A DNA stretch of 64,000 bases from a candidate division FCPU426 bacterium. Its GTDB lineage: Bacteria; Oederibacteriota; Muellerivitia; Muellerivitales; Muellerivitaceae. Position 1 is the stretch's first letter, and every line of letters begins with the position of its first letter. The translations under genes and the position numbers were made by a program. The stretch lies in assembly GCA_963847625.1 (NCBI GenBank), contig CAWKAR010000029.1, positions 27,360-91,359 of the forward strand. The letters run 5' to 3'. Positions 41,641 to 51,454 of this stretch are shown in pieces. Below the pieces are notes generated by a model, which was given only the letters and a program-made list of their open reading frames with translations, was not told the DNA's origin and searched no databases.

Positions 41641-43053
41641 TTGAAACCCACCCTGTTAATTGTTGATGATGAGGAAAGCGTCCGGGATTCCCTCCGGTTG
41701 ATTCTGGGGGGGGATTACAACCTGGTTTTCGCCGTGGACGCCAAATCCACCCTCCAAATATTAAAAACCACGTCTTTTGACCTTTGCCTCCTGGATATCC
41801 TCCTGCCTGATGGTACCGGTACCGACCTCCTGCGCCAAATCAAGCGCCGGGATGAATCGTTGGAGGCCATCATGGTGACGGCCTTGCAAAGCGTGGACAC
41901 GGCTTTGGAAACCATGAAACTCGGGGCTTACGATTACGTCACCAAGCCTTTCCAAGTGAATGATCTCCTGGAAAAAATAAAAAGTGTCTTGAATAAGAGG
42001 GACATCAAGAGGGGATACCGCTTTTTAAAAGGGGAAAGTCATCCCCAAACACCCGCGAGCCTCACCGGCGACAGCAAGGCGATCCAGGAAGTCCGGTGTC
42101 GAATCCTGGAAATGGCCGGAACCGACACGCCCGTCCTGATCCGGGGGGAAATAGGGAGCGGAAACGAGGATGCGGCCTGGGAAATTCACCGGCTAAGCCC
42201 GAGGAAAAACGGCTCTTTTGTCACCATCCCCTGCGGGGCCTTGTCAAAAGAACGGTTGAACGTCGAATTATACGGGCGGGAAGCGAAGGGTAATAGTGAT
42301 AAACCGGGCCAAATCGGGAAACTGGAGTTCGCCGAGAAAGGGACCCTCTTCCTGGAAAAAGTAGAGCGCCTCCCCCTGGAAACCCAGGAGGAACTGGCAA
42401 AAGTTTTTGTGGAAAGAAAAATCAACCGAGGAAAAAGGCGAGGGGCGATTTCCCTGGATTTCAGGGTCATCGCTTCCTGTGAAATGGATTTGGCTCCCGA
42501 GGTGGATGCCGGCCGGTTTAGCAGGGATTTTTACCGATTTATAAGTTCCTCGACCCTCAGGGTGCCGCCCCTCAGGGAACGCCGCGAGGACATCCCGGGG
42601 TTGATCGCCCATTTCCTGGAAGCTGCCAACCAAAAAGTCAATTTACCGGTCAAGAGCATTCACACTGACGCCGTTCAATTTTTAATGGATTACGACTGGC
42701 CCGGAAACTTGAGGGAACTGGAAAGCAGCATCGAGACCATGACAGTTTTCGCCGGCAAGGAGAATTTGGACCTCGAGGATGTTCCCTTGGCCATCCTCTC
42801 GAAGCGGATTGAACTGACGAAATCAAAGGCCCAAGCGAAGATTTCACTCTGGAAAGTCCGCCGCCAGTTTGAGCGCCAATATATCCGCAAAGTCTTGGAG
42901 CGTACCAGGGGCAACCAGACCCGGACCGCCGTTGCCCTGGGACTCCACCGCAACACCCTCCTTTGGAAGTTGAAGGAACTGGATTTGGAGAAGGAATACC
43001 AAAATATCGTCAAAAAACGGCGGGAAAGCGGTGTTGGTTTCAGGGATTTATAA
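41641..43053 (+). CDS. NtrC/AtoC-like response regulator with degenerate AAA+ domain
   Basis: REC (VDDE, LLD, GAYDYVTKPF), WPGNLREL, Fis HTH (GNQTRTAVALGLHRNTL); Walker A GEIGSGNE, no GAFTGA, Walker B FLEKVE. Confidence 0.9.
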   Translation: MKPTLLIVDDEESVRDSLRLILGGDYNLVFAVDAKSTLQILKTTSFDLCLLDILLPDGTGTDLLRQIKRRDESLEAIMVTALQSVDTALETMKLGAYDYVTKPFQVNDLLEKIKSVLNKRDIKRGYRFLKGESHPQTPASLTGDSKAIQEVRCRILEMAGTDTPVLIRGEIGSGNEDAAWEIHRLSPRKNGSFVTIPCGALSKERLNVELYGREAKGNSDKPGQIGKLEFAEKGTLFLEKVERLPLETQEELAKVFVERKINRGKRRGAISLDFRVIASCEMDLAPEVDAGRFSRDFYRFISSSTLRVPPLRERREDIPGLIAHFLEAANQKVNLPVKSIHTDAVQFLMDYDWPGNLRELESSIETMTVFAGKENLDLEDVPLAILSKRIELTKSKAQAKISLWKVRRQFERQYIRKVLERTRGNQTRTAVALGLHRNTLLWKLKELDLEKEYQNIVKKRRESGVGFRDL

Positions 43054-43280
43054 GCCCTAAATTCACAAGGAATTTTCTTTTCCCCGAAGCTGGATGGGGA
43101 AAATATATTTCATCGGCCATCCGGCGATCGATTCGTAAACACAGGCGCTTGCCCCGATATTTATTTTGGCCTTCAAACGTTCCATACAGAACGCCCCTTA
43201 TATCGAAGTATTTAAAACCAATATGCCGGGGCCTTTTACTTCCTCAAAAATTGATTTGGGAATCTTTTAGGAGTCATTAG

Positions 43281-44501
43281 ATGAAAAAAGTCGCGGTCAC
43301 CGGCCTTGGCGTGATCTGCCCCTTGGGGGGCGATGTGGCATCGTCCTGGGACGCCATGGTCAAGGGCCAGGTCGGGACCGGAAGGCTCCAGCTGATGGAC
43401 CCAACCCCCTACCGGGTGAAAATCGGGGGGGAAATCAAGGACCGGGGGGGCCTGGAAGCCTTCGAAAAAAAATACCCCGGCCGGTACGAGCGGGCCTCGG
43501 TCTTGGCCATCCTCGCCACGCGGGAGGCGTTGGAGAACGCCGGCTTGACCCCCGCCGGTCTTGAAGACCTCCGAGCCGGGAGTTTTTTCGGCACGACCAT
43601 GGGCGAGGTCCAGTTGGCGGAGCGGTTGTCCGAATTGAGCACGCAAAACAGGTTGGACGAGATAAAACCCGAAAGCTTCCACAAGGTCCAGGGTTCAAGA
43701 ATTGCCTTTTCGGTGCTGGATGATTTGGGAATCGGCGGACAAACCATGGTTTTTTCCAACGCCTGCGCGTCCGGCAACTACGCCATCGGCTGGGGTTTTG
43801 AGCAGATCCGGCAGGGAAACCTGGACCTGGTCCTCTGCGGCGGTGTCGATCCCTTTTCCAGGATCGCCTTTACCGGCTTCAACCGGCTCCTCTCCTTGAC
43901 GCCGGACCTGTGCCGGCCTTTCTCCAAGAACCGCAAGGGCCTGGTAGTGAGCGAGGGGGCCGGCGTCCTGGTTTTGGAGGAGATGGAAAGGGCCCGCTCG
44001 CGCGGTGCCCATGTCTATTGCGAGGTCGGCGGCTACGGCCTCGGGATGGACGCTTACCACATGACCTCCCCCCATCCGGAAGGCACCGGCGCTCATGAAA
44101 GCATCCTGAGGGCCCTGGACCAGGCCCGGCTCTCTCCTAGCGAGGTGGATTACATCTCGGCCCACGGCACCGGGACTCCCGCCAACGACAAGACGGAATC
44201 CATCGCCATTAAGAAGGCCATCGGCAAGGATCGTGTGATCCCCGTCAGCTCCATCAAATCCATGATCGGACACACCATGGGGGCCGCAAGCGCTATCGAG
44301 GCGGCCATGACCTGCCTGTCCCTGGACCGCGGGGTTTTGCTGCCCACCATGAACTGGGAGGTCCCCGATGAGGACTGCGTTTCGGATTGCGTGCCCAACC
44401 AATCCAGGCCGTTCAAGGGGAAGGTCGCCCTCTCCAATTCATTCGCTTTCGGCGGGAACACTTCCTGCCTGGTCCTGATAAAGAGGGAGCCCGCCCCATG
44501 A
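43281..44501 (+). CDS. Beta-ketoacyl-ACP synthase (FabF-like KS)
   Basis: Cys-His-His triad: NACASG, SAHGTGT, IGHTMGA; SNSFAFGG. Confidence 0.95.
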   Translation: MKKVAVTGLGVICPLGGDVASSWDAMVKGQVGTGRLQLMDPTPYRVKIGGEIKDRGGLEAFEKKYPGRYERASVLAILATREALENAGLTPAGLEDLRAGSFFGTTMGEVQLAERLSELSTQNRLDEIKPESFHKVQGSRIAFSVLDDLGIGGQTMVFSNACASGNYAIGWGFEQIRQGNLDLVLCGGVDPFSRIAFTGFNRLLSLTPDLCRPFSKNRKGLVVSEGAGVLVLEEMERARSRGAHVYCEVGGYGLGMDAYHMTSPHPEGTGAHESILRALDQARLSPSEVDYISAHGTGTPANDKTESIAIKKAIGKDRVIPVSSIKSMIGHTMGAASAIEAAMTCLSLDRGVLLPTMNWEVPDEDCVSDCVPNQSRPFKGKVALSNSFAFGGNTSCLVLIKREPAP

Positions 44502-45400
44502 AACCCCTGTTCGTCCACCGAAAAGGCGAGGCCATCCTGGGCTGGGACGGATTGGCCCTGGAAAAGGTGCCCCAGGCGTTTCAAGGGCTGTACCCCAATG
44601 AATCGCCGAAATATATCGACAGCCTATCCTTATTGGCGGCCATCGCCGCGGGACGGGCCTTGGAAGGGTCCGCGCTATTGAGCCGGAAGGAACTGCGCGA
44701 AAACTTCGGGGTGGTTTTGGGGAACGGGTTCGGGGCCATCGCTAGTTCGCTGGATTTCGACCGCCAAGCCCTCCTCAAGGGCCCCAACACCGTCAACCCC
44801 ATGGATTTTCCCAACACCGTGGCCAACGCGGCCGGAAGCCGCATCGGGATCTGGCTCCAGCTTAAGGGGCCGAATGTGACCCTTACCAACGGGGGCACTT
44901 CCTTCATCGACGCGATCGGGTTCGCTTGGGAGGGTTACAACGCGGGGCTTTTCCAATGTTGCTTAACCGGGGCGGTGGAAAAAGTTCCCGCCACCCTCAA
45001 ACACTTGGTAACATCTGCGCCGACGGCGATGGATTTAAGGGAAGGTGCGTGCCTTTTGCTGGCATCCGGCGATAATAACGGGGAAAAATTGTTCGAGGTG
45101 ATGGACTATTTTTCCGTACAATTGAAACCGGTTTTAAGCCTCCCGAAATTGTCCTCCGGCCGTTGGGACCAATTGTGGGAGGGCGCACAATGGTTGGGAT
45201 TTCCGGGGGATACGCCCCTGGAGCCCCTTTTTCCGGGGAATATCGTTCGTTTCACGCCGAATCCATCGGTGATGGAACTGGGATTAGGCGGTTTGGGGTG
45301 CTTGAGCGCGTTTCTGTCGGCGCCCCCAACGCAAGGGGTGATCGGGGCCTATTCAAGTATGGAAAGAAAAATATCTTTAATAAAAATAAAAAGAAATTAA
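44498..45400 (+). CDS. KS-like protein without catalytic residues (chain-length-factor-like)
   Basis: VNPMDFPNTVANAAGSRIGI, GPNVTLTNGGTS (no Cys), no HGTGT; ATGA overlap with KS stop. Confidence 0.8.
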   Translation: MKPLFVHRKGEAILGWDGLALEKVPQAFQGLYPNESPKYIDSLSLLAAIAAGRALEGSALLSRKELRENFGVVLGNGFGAIASSLDFDRQALLKGPNTVNPMDFPNTVANAAGSRIGIWLQLKGPNVTLTNGGTSFIDAIGFAWEGYNAGLFQCCLTGAVEKVPATLKHLVTSAPTAMDLREGACLLLASGDNNGEKLFEVMDYFSVQLKPVLSLPKLSSGRWDQLWEGAQWLGFPGDTPLEPLFPGNIVRFTPNPSVMELGLGGLGCLSAFLSAPPTQGVIGAYSSMERKISLIKIKRN

Positions 45401-45413
45401 GGAGCCGTTAAAA

Positions 45414-45659
45414 ATGGAAACCTCCGAGATCAAATCGAGAATCAAGGGAATCATCGCGGGCATGTTCGACGTCCAGCCGGGGGACATTCCCGACGCGAAA
45501 CCATTTCCTGAAATCTCGAAATACGATTCCATGAGGGCCTTGGAGTTCCTGGCCAAGTTGGAGACTGAGTTCAATGTCACCATCGATCCGGACCAACTCT
45601 ATACTATGACATCGGTGGAAAAGACAGTGGATGTCATCCAAAGCATGGTCAAGGCCTGA
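45414..45659 (+). CDS. Acyl carrier protein
   Basis: 81 aa, acidic, YDSM phosphopantetheinylation site, LETEFNVTI. Confidence 0.92.
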   Translation: METSEIKSRIKGIIAGMFDVQPGDIPDAKPFPEISKYDSMRALEFLAKLETEFNVTIDPDQLYTMTSVEKTVDVIQSMVKA

Positions 45660-45660
45660 A

Positions 45661-46110
45661 ATGGAAACGCCCTCCGAGATTCATGTTCAAACTTTGTTAA
45701 AACAACGCTTTCCCTTTGTGATGGTGGATAAGGTCCTTTCTTGGGCGAAGTGGCGGGAACTCAAGGCGGTGAAGTATGTCACATTCAACGAGCCCCATTT
45801 TCAGGGCCATTTTCCGGGATTCCCAATTTTCCCGGGAGTCTTGACGATCGAATGTTTCGCCCAAGCCTCCGCCCTCCTGATCGGCCTTTCCCGGGATGAG
45901 CCCTTGGCCCCGGGTTTATTCGACGCCATCGGAACGGTCATGGATTTCCGCTTGGAAAAACCCATTTTCCCCGGCGACCGTTTGGAAAGCCACGTGAAAA
46001 TCGTCAAGATGGCGGGCTCGAACCGGATTTTGGAAGGAAAGATGTATGTGGATCAAGAGATAGTCGCGACTGGAAAAATGATATTTGGGGAAATCAGATT
46101 GCCGAAATGA
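45661..46110 (+). CDS. 3-hydroxyacyl-ACP dehydratase (FabZ-like)
   Basis: QRFPFVMVDKV, NEPHFQGHFP, PGVLTIECFAQ (His/Glu kept). Confidence 0.9.
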   Translation: METPSEIHVQTLLKQRFPFVMVDKVLSWAKWRELKAVKYVTFNEPHFQGHFPGFPIFPGVLTIECFAQASALLIGLSRDEPLAPGLFDAIGTVMDFRLEKPIFPGDRLESHVKIVKMAGSNRILEGKMYVDQEIVATGKMIFGEIRLPK

Positions 46111-46146
46111 CTCAAGGTGCTGAAAACCGTTGAAACAGGATGCAAG

Positions 46147-46866
46147 ATGAAAAAAATCGTTATCTCCGGCGGCTCTTCGGGAATCGGCAAGAGCCTGGTG
46201 GAAACCTTTGCGGGAAAGGGTTGGAAAACCCACTTCACCTATCACTCCAATGAGGCTTCGGCCCGCGAACTGGAACGGCGGTTCGAGGGAAAAACCAAAG
46301 CCCACCGGTTGGATGTCACGGACCGCGAGGCCTGTGATCAATTCTGTAAGAGCGTCCTGAAAGAGGAAGGAAGCGTTGACGTGTTGGTCAATAACGCGGG
46401 CATCACGAAGGACAAGCCCTTGTTCGCGATGCAGGATTCGGATTGGTCGGACGTCTTGAACACGAACCTTTCCGGGGTTTTTTACCTGACCCGCAGTTTC
46501 GTGCTGGACATGCTGAAAAAGAAGAAAGGCCGGGTGATCAACCTCTCCTCCATCTCGGGCATCCACGGCCTTCCGGGACAAACCAACTATTCCGCCACCA
46601 AGGCCGGGATCATCGGCTTCACCAAGGCCTTGGCCAAGGAAGCCGGCCCCTACGGCGTCATAGCCAATGTGGTGGCTCCCGGAGGGGTTGCGACCCCCAT
46701 GATCGAGAAAATGACCCCCCAGGCCAAGGAGGCGCTTCTCCAGGCAGTGCCTCTCAAACGATTTTGCGAGCCTGAGGAAGTCGCGCGGGTGGTGTTTTTC
46801 CTGGCGGAGGAAGCCCCGGATTACATGAACGGCAGTGTCCTGGTCCTGGATGGCGGGGCAGGGTGA
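46147..46866 (+). CDS. 3-oxoacyl-ACP reductase (FabG-like)
   Basis: SGGSSGIG, NNAGITKD, GQTNYSATKAG, VAPG, DGG. Confidence 0.93.
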   Translation: MKKIVISGGSSGIGKSLVETFAGKGWKTHFTYHSNEASARELERRFEGKTKAHRLDVTDREACDQFCKSVLKEEGSVDVLVNNAGITKDKPLFAMQDSDWSDVLNTNLSGVFYLTRSFVLDMLKKKKGRVINLSSISGIHGLPGQTNYSATKAGIIGFTKALAKEAGPYGVIANVVAPGGVATPMIEKMTPQAKEALLQAVPLKRFCEPEEVARVVFFLAEEAPDYMNGSVLVLDGGAG

Positions 46867-46873
46867 ATAGAAT

Positions 46874-47635
46874 ATGATTGAACAGATTCAGCCGATCCAA
46901 GCCGATGAAATCCATATCCACCTTCTCAAGAATGATTCCGGGCGTATGCCTGGTCCGGCCACCCATTTCCTGCCTTTCCTCACCCCCGATGAACGCGATC
47001 AATACCTGCGTTTCGGATCGGATAGCCGGCGCCGGGAGTTTTTATTGTCCCGATTGCTGGTGCGTTCACTTCTGGCAGGTTATTTGAATAGGGATATGAA
47101 TGGTTTGAAATTCAGCTACTGTGACCGGGGAAAACCTTTCGTTGAGGGGGCGGAATTAAAGTTCAATCTTTCCCACACGGACGGCCTGATCGCTTGTTCC
47201 TTCGGCCGGCGCGAAGTCGGGATCGATGTGGAAAAAATGGATGCCCAAAAGCGGCCGAGTTGGCCCCTTTTGGCCAACCGTTATTTCTCCCCGGAAGAAA
47301 ATAATTATTTATTCTCCCAGCCCCAAGAAACCCAACCCTTGGCTTTTTTCAGGATTTTCACCGCGAAGGAGGCATTTGGGAAGGCCACGGGGCGGGGTAT
47401 CAACATCCGCTTAACTGATTTTACGGTTCCTATGCCGCCCGCGGATCGTACCTGGATAGGTCCATGGGAATTTTTCCAGGAAACATTTGGGCCGGTTGTT
47501 TATTGTTTGACCCATGTAGCGAAAAATCCCGGAAACGTCCCGCTTAAGTATGAAATCCATACCTGGGACGAGGAAGGTTTAATGGATTTCTTTAAGAACA
47601 GCGATGCTTTAGAGGCCTTGGGAGTTAAGCCGTAA
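46874..47635 (+). CDS. Sfp-type 4'-phosphopantetheinyl transferase
   Basis: GKP, FNLSHT, VGIDVE, FTAKEAFGKATGRG. Confidence 0.93.
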   Translation: MIEQIQPIQADEIHIHLLKNDSGRMPGPATHFLPFLTPDERDQYLRFGSDSRRREFLLSRLLVRSLLAGYLNRDMNGLKFSYCDRGKPFVEGAELKFNLSHTDGLIACSFGRREVGIDVEKMDAQKRPSWPLLANRYFSPEENNYLFSQPQETQPLAFFRIFTAKEAFGKATGRGINIRLTDFTVPMPPADRTWIGPWEFFQETFGPVVYCLTHVAKNPGNVPLKYEIHTWDEEGLMDFFKNSDALEALGVKP

Positions 47636-47657
47636 AATTGCAAAGGGAGTTATCGTC

Positions 47658-48422
47658 ATGAAGACATGTGGAAATACGGTTTTGATCACCGGGGGAGGGT
47701 CGGGAATTGGCCTGGCCTTGGCGATGGAATTTTTAATCCGCCAGAACACAGTTGTGGTTTGCGACCACAAGGCCCGGAGGCTTCTAGAAGCCAAAAAGTC
47801 AACTCCCGGTCTCCAAACCATTCATTGCGATGTCCGAAGCCCGGCGCAACGGAAAAGGCTGCTTGCCGCCGTGGTGAAAAAGTTCCCTAAGATCAATGTC
47901 CTGGTCAACAACGCCGCCGTGTCCCATTGGCAGGATTTCGTGGCACCCGAGCAAAACCAGGAGGCCCGTGTCCTTCAGCAAATCGAGACGAACCTGTTAG
48001 CCCCCATCGAATTGACCCGGCTCTTCCTACCGACCCTGCTCAAGCAGGATTTTGCCGCAGTCGTATATCTATCCTCGGGCCAGGCTTATGTTCCCCTTTC
48101 AAGAAAGGCCGTTTATGCGGCCACGAAGGCGGCCATTCATTCCTTTTCGCAATCGATCAGGTACCAGCTCAAGGACCGCCCGGTTTTTGTGATGGAGGCA
48201 TTGCCCTCTTGGGTGGACACGGACATGATCCGGGACCTGGCCATAAAAAAGATGCCGCCTGAAAAGGTAGCCAGGGAAATATTGGAGGGGCTGGAGGAAA
48301 ACAGGGAAGAGCTTCGGATTGGCTTGTCGGGCCTTTTATTTTACTTCAGCCGTTTGATGCCACGCATGATGTGGAAGAAATTCAACGATTACGCGCCAAC
48401 GCCTAAACTGGAAAAATTTTAA
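47658..48422 (+). CDS. Short-chain dehydrogenase/reductase (DltE-like)
   Basis: GNTVLITGGGSGIG, VNNAA, YAATKAAIHSF. Confidence 0.9.
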   Translation: MKTCGNTVLITGGGSGIGLALAMEFLIRQNTVVVCDHKARRLLEAKKSTPGLQTIHCDVRSPAQRKRLLAAVVKKFPKINVLVNNAAVSHWQDFVAPEQNQEARVLQQIETNLLAPIELTRLFLPTLLKQDFAAVVYLSSGQAYVPLSRKAVYAATKAAIHSFSQSIRYQLKDRPVFVMEALPSWVDTDMIRDLAIKKMPPEKVAREILEGLEENREELRIGLSGLLFYFSRLMPRMMWKKFNDYAPTPKLEKF

Positions 48423-48446
48423 CCCCTGTTCACGGAAAAAAGGCCC

Positions 48447-49988
48447 ATGGAAAAGACCCGACCATTCGATGCCATCGTCATCGGTTCCGGCATGGGCGGT
48501 TTGGCGGCCGCTTCCCTGCTGGCCCAGATGAAGCGTTACCGCGTGCTTGTTTTGGAAAGACATTTCAAGCTAGGGGGGTTCATCCAGTCCTTTCAACGGC
48601 CCGGCGGTTACCATTGGGACGTGGGGCTCCATTATGTGGGTGAGTTGGAGTCGAGAAGCCCCTACCGCCAGGCTATGGATTACATCACGGCTGGCCGGTT
48701 GAAATGGGTCAAAATGAAGGACCCCTTTGATGTCTTCCTCTACCCCGACTTGAGATTTGAGGTTCCCTCAGACCGCGCTGCTTATCTGCGAAAACTCCAG
48801 GACCTTTTTCCGGAGGAGTCCGGGCCCCTCCAGGATTATTTCATAGATATCATCCGGGTCCGTGAAATCCTGATTGGACGGTGGCTTCCATCCGCCCAAA
48901 TGCTGAAACGCGAGGAGGCATACCGCCAAAACCATGATTTGATTCGTCAAACCCTCCAAACCTACCTCCAGTCCCATTTTCGGGACAGCCGACTAAAAGG
49001 TCTATTGGCTTCGCAATGGGGTAATTACGGTCTGCCACCAAAATCGGCTAGTTTTGGGACCCATGCCGCCACGGTCCGGCATTATTTGGACGGGGGATAT
49101 TACCCTTCCGGCTCCTCTTCCGCCTTGGTGGACGTCCTTGCAGGAATTGTCCGGGAGGCGGGGGGCGAACTCAAGACCAGGCACCGAGTGATCCGCATCC
49201 TGGTCGGGGACCGGAAAGCCAGGGGGGTGGAGGTGGAGACTTTAGGGGGACGGGTCAGGTTCAATGCGCCGGAAATATACTCGGACGCGGGTGCGGAGGC
49301 GACCTACAACGGGCTTCTTCCGGAAGAAGCGCACGGACCCGAGATGCTGAAGGAACTTTCCAAGTCGCCGACCCATGGCGTCGTTGTCCTGTACCTTGGC
49401 TTGAAATCCGCCTGTGGATCTTTAGGCATCCACGGGCAAAATTTTTGGATCTACGAACATTACGACCATAACGCGATGTGGGAACAAAGAAATTCCCTTG
49501 CCGGGGGAAAAGCCTCTTATTGCTTCCTTTCCTTCCCCGGAATCAAGGACCCGGGAGCCAAAGCGCCCACGGCAGAAATCATCTCGGACCTCGACTACGA
49601 CGTTTTCCAACCATGGAGCAACACGGAGTGGATGAAACGCGGGCCGGAATATTCGGCCTTGAAGGCGAAAATCGCCGAAACGCTGTTGAATTTTGTAGAA
49701 TCTAGATTGCCGGGTTTCCGTGAGGAAGTGGCCTACGCCGAGCTGTCCACGCCGCTTACCGTCAAACATTTCACCGGTTACCGCGATGGGAACATTTATG
49801 GCTTTCCCGGCGTCCCCAGCCGGTACGAGTTGGAATGCTTTGAACCCAATACCCCCATCCGGGGTTTGAAACTCGTCGGGGTGGACGCGGGATCCTCGGG
49901 TATTTCCGGGGCGATGTTTGGCGGCCTTTTGGGCGTCGCGGCCCAGCATGGGAATGCCATTTTTCACGGACTGGCAAAAGGAAATTGA
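48447..49988 (+). CDS. FAD-dependent oxidoreductase (phytoene desaturase / retinol saturase family)
   Basis: IGSGMGG, LERH, WDVGLHYVG, GGYYP, STPLT, GNIYG, TPIRGL. Confidence 0.88.
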   Translation: MEKTRPFDAIVIGSGMGGLAAASLLAQMKRYRVLVLERHFKLGGFIQSFQRPGGYHWDVGLHYVGELESRSPYRQAMDYITAGRLKWVKMKDPFDVFLYPDLRFEVPSDRAAYLRKLQDLFPEESGPLQDYFIDIIRVREILIGRWLPSAQMLKREEAYRQNHDLIRQTLQTYLQSHFRDSRLKGLLASQWGNYGLPPKSASFGTHAATVRHYLDGGYYPSGSSSALVDVLAGIVREAGGELKTRHRVIRILVGDRKARGVEVETLGGRVRFNAPEIYSDAGAEATYNGLLPEEAHGPEMLKELSKSPTHGVVVLYLGLKSACGSLGIHGQNFWIYEHYDHNAMWEQRNSLAGGKASYCFLSFPGIKDPGAKAPTAEIISDLDYDVFQPWSNTEWMKRGPEYSALKAKIAETLLNFVESRLPGFREEVAYAELSTPLTVKHFTGYRDGNIYGFPGVPSRYELECFEPNTPIRGLKLVGVDAGSSGISGAMFGGLLGVAAQHGNAIFHGLAKGN

Positions 49989-50041
49989 AGGAAAAACTGT
50001 CTTCATCGGGCAGGAAAATTTAATCAGGGAATCGAGCGGTC

Positions 50042-51454
50042 ATGGCCGTGTCAACAAGTAAGGACATGTTTATTGTTTGCCGGAACAGCCAGGGAACGGA
50101 GTTCCGCGCTACGCTGCTCCGGTTGATGCAGTATACGGTCGTTTTCGAGGTCTACAATCCCTATAGCATCATCCAATTGGGGGAGGTCCTGATCGATTTC
50201 AAGATGATCCTGAATGACCGTATGGTTTATTCCGGAAAGGCGGTGGTCAGCAATTTGGTGAATACGGGAATCCTTCTTGTCTGCGAATGCACCTTGGAGG
50301 AAAGCTGGTTGGACGTGAACGCTTTCGCCTCTATCCACAAGGAGGAAAGGCTCCGGGAGGAGTTCCTGGGGTTCTTGAGGGATTGGGAGAAATTCCATCA
50401 AATCGACGATAAGCTCAAGGTGGCGGTGGCTGATTTGCAGACCTTCCTCTTGGATGTCCGGCGTTGGCTGGAACAGGTGGAATTGGGCATCTGCTCCGAC
50501 CCTTCCGGGGAGAAAAGCCGGATGGAAATGGACGTCATCCTGAAATTGAGGAGTTCAATGTCTCCCGCCATAGACAAGCTTTTCCAACGTTTCGAGAAAA
50601 CGGCCGCCTGCATTCCCGAGGAATTCCGGGCCATCCACTGGTCTTACAGCAAGCAGCAGCTTCATCCCCTCATGCTATGCTCGCCGTTTGTCTACCGGGT
50701 TTACCATAAACCCCTGGGTTACGCGGGTGATTACGAAATGATTAACATGATGCTGAGGGACCCTTACGAGGGTGCGTCCCTTTTTGCCAAGATATTGAAC
50801 ATTCACTTCCTGGATACGTCGCCCTGCCGGGCGCATCGGAACCGCATCAAGACTTTGACGAGGAATTTGAGAGAGGAGGCGGGACGTGTATTGAAGGAAA
50901 AAGCGGAATTCCGAATCATCAACATGGGCTGTGGGCCCGCCAAGGAAATCCAGGACTTTCTCGCCGAAGAGGATCTGAGCGACCGCTCGAATTTTGTCCT
51001 GATGGACTTTAACGACGAGACTTTGGAATATGTTGAAAAAACCTTGGAGGATATAAAAAGAAAGCACCGCCGGGGGGCTCGGATCCGAATGGTCAAAAAA
51101 TCGGTCCATCAAATCTTGAAGGAATCCTTCAAGGCTCCCGACCCTCGGGAAATGAATTGCGATTTCATCTATTGCGCCGGGTTGTTTGATTACCTGGAGG
51201 ATAGGATCTGCAAAAGATTGATGGAATATTTTTACGGCCTGCTGTCACCCGGTGGGTTATTGCTTGCCACCAACGTGACCCCCAATAATCCCATCCGAAA
51301 TATCCTGGAAAGCCTCCTGGAGTGGCCGATGGTTTACCGGAACGCAGAACAAATGGCGGCCCTCATTCCTAACTCGGTGGGGAAAGATTCTTGTAAAATC
51401 TATACTGAGGAAACCGGTGTCAATATTTTCGTGGAAGTGAGAAAAGCCGGATGA
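50042..51454 (+). CDS. phcB: PhcB-like SAM-dependent methyltransferase (fatty-acid methyl ester signal synthase family)
   Basis: RNSQG...VFEVYNPYSIIQL...YSGKAVVSNL N-terminal block recalled from PhcB homologs, KPLGYAGDYEM, AHRNRI, MGCGPA SAM motif, YCAGLFDYL; followed by HK and REC-HK genes as in phcBSR. Confidence 0.85.
   Translation: MAVSTSKDMFIVCRNSQGTEFRATLLRLMQYTVVFEVYNPYSIIQLGEVLIDFKMILNDRMVYSGKAVVSNLVNTGILLVCECTLEESWLDVNAFASIHKEERLREEFLGFLRDWEKFHQIDDKLKVAVADLQTFLLDVRRWLEQVELGICSDPSGEKSRMEMDVILKLRSSMSPAIDKLFQRFEKTAACIPEEFRAIHWSYSKQQLHPLMLCSPFVYRVYHKPLGYAGDYEMINMMLRDPYEGASLFAKILNIHFLDTSPCRAHRNRIKTLTRNLREEAGRVLKEKAEFRIINMGCGPAKEIQDFLAEEDLSDRSNFVLMDFNDETLEYVEKTLEDIKRKHRRGARIRMVKKSVHQILKESFKAPDPREMNCDFIYCAGLFDYLEDRICKRLMEYFYGLLSPGGLLLATNVTPNNPIRNILESLLEWPMVYRNAEQMAALIPNSVGKDSCKIYTEETGVNIFVEVRKAG

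Noticed and set aside
43054..43280. Sigma54 -24/-12 promoter before the KS operon
   Set aside because: No TGGCAC-N5-TTGC-like site seen and the upstream activator lacks GAFTGA
43281..49988. Housekeeping fab operon, full aryl-polyene cluster or carotenoid pathway
   Set aside because: No plsX/fabH/fabD/fabI, no aryl-loading, glycosyl or transport genes, no crtB/crtE
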